Below, piece by piece: positions 61,742 through 64,000 of a stretch of DNA of 64,000 nt (positions are counted from its first letter, which is position 1; the number at the start of each line of letters is the position of its first letter). The notes beneath the pieces were generated by a model. It did no database searches and was not told where the DNA came from. It worked only from the letters and a program-made list of their open reading frames with translations. The DNA lies in assembly GCA_002269645.1 (NCBI GenBank), contig NIVC01000323.1, positions 124,001 to 188,000 on the forward strand. The letters are read 5' to 3'. Position numbers and translations under genes: made by a program. The DNA is from Macrostomum lignano. Its lineage: Eukaryota.

Positions 61742-63664
61742 TCAGATGCAACATAAAATCTTGACATACAAAGACTTCAGTCTTTGTTGCCAGCAGCAGC
61801 CAGCAGACTTGGTGGCAGCGGCCAGCAGTTGCAGTGCAGCCAGCTGCACAGTGACAGAGTACATCACGGCCGATGCAAAGCAAATCCAGCCGCAGCCCAG
61901 CACTTGTTCCCTATTGACACCGGCTGCTCCCAGAGCTGCATTGAACACTCCAGTTGCTAGGTTGCTTAACAGGAAGCTCAGAAATCCTGCCTGATCAAAT
62001 TCGGCCAGGTATCTTAGCTGGAGCAGCTCATTGCCAACTGCTGCTGAGTCCTGTTGAGACAGGCAGCCGCGCAGATTGGACAGGAGCGCGGCGCAGAGCA
62101 GACATGAGCAGGAGATGGCGACAGTCCAGGCACAGTAGGCCAAATTTAGCAAGCGTCTGCTTTCCGGTAGAATCAAAGCAAACTGAACCACAGCCAGCGG
62201 CCTCACAAGCAGCGAGGCCAGCAGGAGGCCGACAATTTTCATCCAGCGCCGGTCCCTGACCCAGCGGCCAAGCTGCACGCCAGCAAAGTACAACGCCAGT
62301 AGGCCCGGTATGGAGGCCAGGCCTTCACGATTCTGACCAATCAGGCTGGACCGATTGTAGGGCTCGTAATGGCCAGGTGCGAGCACGGCTTTGGCCAAAC
62401 CCGTCGCTAGGACGGCTTCATGAGCCAGCGCTAGCAGCAACGCCAGGAGCAGCGGCGGTGGCGGCTGACGCATCAGCGTGGTGAGAAGCTCCAACGCCGT
62501 GCCCAGAGCTCGAGCGATGGCCAACGAATAAAAAGCGCTCCAGTGGACTCCGTATTCCCACCATTCGGCTGCGAAGCGCAGATGTGTCGGGGGGAACGGG
62601 TCCTTTAGCTGATCCGGGTCGGTCAGCTGGACCTGAGCTCGGTTTCTCATGACACGGTTGAATGCCAGCGACCTTTGCAGGCTGATGCAGAGCCCCAGCC
62701 CGGTCAGGATGGCTGACTGACGGCTGCAGCATCTGAGCACGCGGGAGCTGTGGGTGGAGTAGGGTCAGGATGTGAGGGTTGGAATTGGGTCAGGATGTGA
62801 GGGTTGTAGTTGGGTCAGGATGTGAGGCTGGAGTTGGGTCAGGATGTGAGGGTTGGAGTTGGGTCAGGATGTGAGGCTGGAGTTGGGTCAGGATGTGAGG
62901 CTGGAGTTGGGTCAGGATGTGAGGCTGGAGTTGGGTCAGGATGTGAGGCTGGAGTTGGGTCAGGATGTGAGGCTGGAGTTGGGTCAGGATGTGAGGCTGG
63001 AGTTGGGTCAGGATGTGAGGGCTGGAGTTGGGTCAGGATGTGAGGGCTGGAGTTGGGTCAGGATGTGAGGGGGAGTTGGGTCAGGATGTGAGGGGGAGTT
63101 GGGTCAGGATGTGAGGCTGGAGTTGGGTCAGGATGTGAAGGAGGTCTATCATCGATGATGCAACAATTACAGTAAAGCACCAAGCAATCTCACCGATCCA
63201 CACGCATGCGAGAACTAGATGACTGAGCAGTGGGTGCCACGGTGCCCAGACAGATAACAAAGCAACCGATGCCCAGGTCCATGAGGCCCGTTCCGAAAGT
63301 CTTGGACTTGCTAAACTGGTTATTCCAGCAGGGCAGGTCGCGGCAGAAGATGCACAGAGAGGTGCAGATGTACAGGGCGCAGCGATAGGCAGACAGAATC
63401 GGATCGAATGGCCGCTTTTCAGTAATGAGACATGCAAAGTCAGCTGCTGATCTTCCAGAACTGTTTTTGCTGACTTTGGCCAACAGGTCTCTGCAGCGTC
63501 TTATTGAAATTGGCCAAGTCCGGTGACCCAGAGCGATCATAGCTAATGCGACACTGACTGCAGAATATGGCACCAGAAATGTGGTATAGTTGGTAAACGG
63601 ATAATCCAAAATGCAGAATAGAAATGGTATTGACAGGATTAGGAACACGGCGAGTTGGACTGTG
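61742..63664 (-). CDS. PIGW: GPI inositol acyltransferase PIG-W/Gwt1. Exons 63664-63194 and 62747-61742; upstream exon(s) lie outside the window.
   Basis: LSAYR....T..CI..D......FSKSKTFGTGLMDLGIG.FV, EYGVHW..F..L, NREGL.S..G..A.Y..G, SRRL.NLAY..W, FLLSN.ATG..N; multi-pass hydrophobic. The phase-2 intron GTGAGA..CACAG joins the two ORFs. Confidence 0.85.
62755..63140. repeat. 24-bp intronic minisatellite (GGGTCAGGATGTGAGGCTGGAGTT)
   Basis: Direct reading; lies in the PIGW intron. Confidence 0.93.
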
Positions 63665-63777
63665 CTGAAATGGTATTTTTAGAGTTACCCTAGGCCTATT
63701 ATTTAGAACCAGTTGACCTAATATTTACAACCCTAGTCCAAAAAATCACAAACCTAGTATAAATTTTGGCAACTGTA

Positions 63778-64000
63778 GGCCTAATATCGATAACCCTGAA
63801 CCTAATATCGACAACCTTAAACCTAATATCGACAACCAGAAACCTAATATCGACAACCCTAAACCTAATATCGACAACCCTAAACCTAATATCGACAACC
63901 CAAAACCTAATATCGACAACCCTAACCCTAATATCGACAACCCTAAACCTAATATCGACAAACCTAAACCTAATATCAACAACCCGAAACCTAATATCGG
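63778..64000. repeat. 21-bp minisatellite (CCTAATATCGACAACCCTAAA) running off the window end
   Basis: Direct reading. Confidence 0.9.

Overview
This is animal nuclear DNA with GT-AG introns, many minisatellites and transposon debris. The style suggests a flatworm such as Macrostomum, which is an inference I cannot confirm. The main result is two convergent paralogous genes at the window ends (1063-7960 on +, 60293-54145 on -). The ORF track splits each into an ankyrin ORF and a separate ORF. In both copies the ankyrin stop codon lies inside a GTGAGT splice donor, and phase-matched exons join the ankyrin array in frame to a Mab-21/cGAS-like (cGLR) nucleotidyltransferase with intact GS, DxD and third-Asp motifs. 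The predicted products are about 1717 aa and 1805 aa. Copy 1 carries 24 recently homogenised 33-aa repeats that vary mainly at DARPin-like binding positions. Between the two genes lie a tandem C-type lectin gene, a fibrinogen-domain gene whose start codon is engulfed by a 2-kb minisatellite, a caspase with a non-canonical QACRI motif, UBE2J2, a WRN-type exonuclease and NDUFAF7. PIGW lies at the right edge. Also present are a four-copy candidate Pol III structured RNA family, hAT MITEs, a non-autonomous Helitron, SINEs, and LINE and Gypsy fragments.
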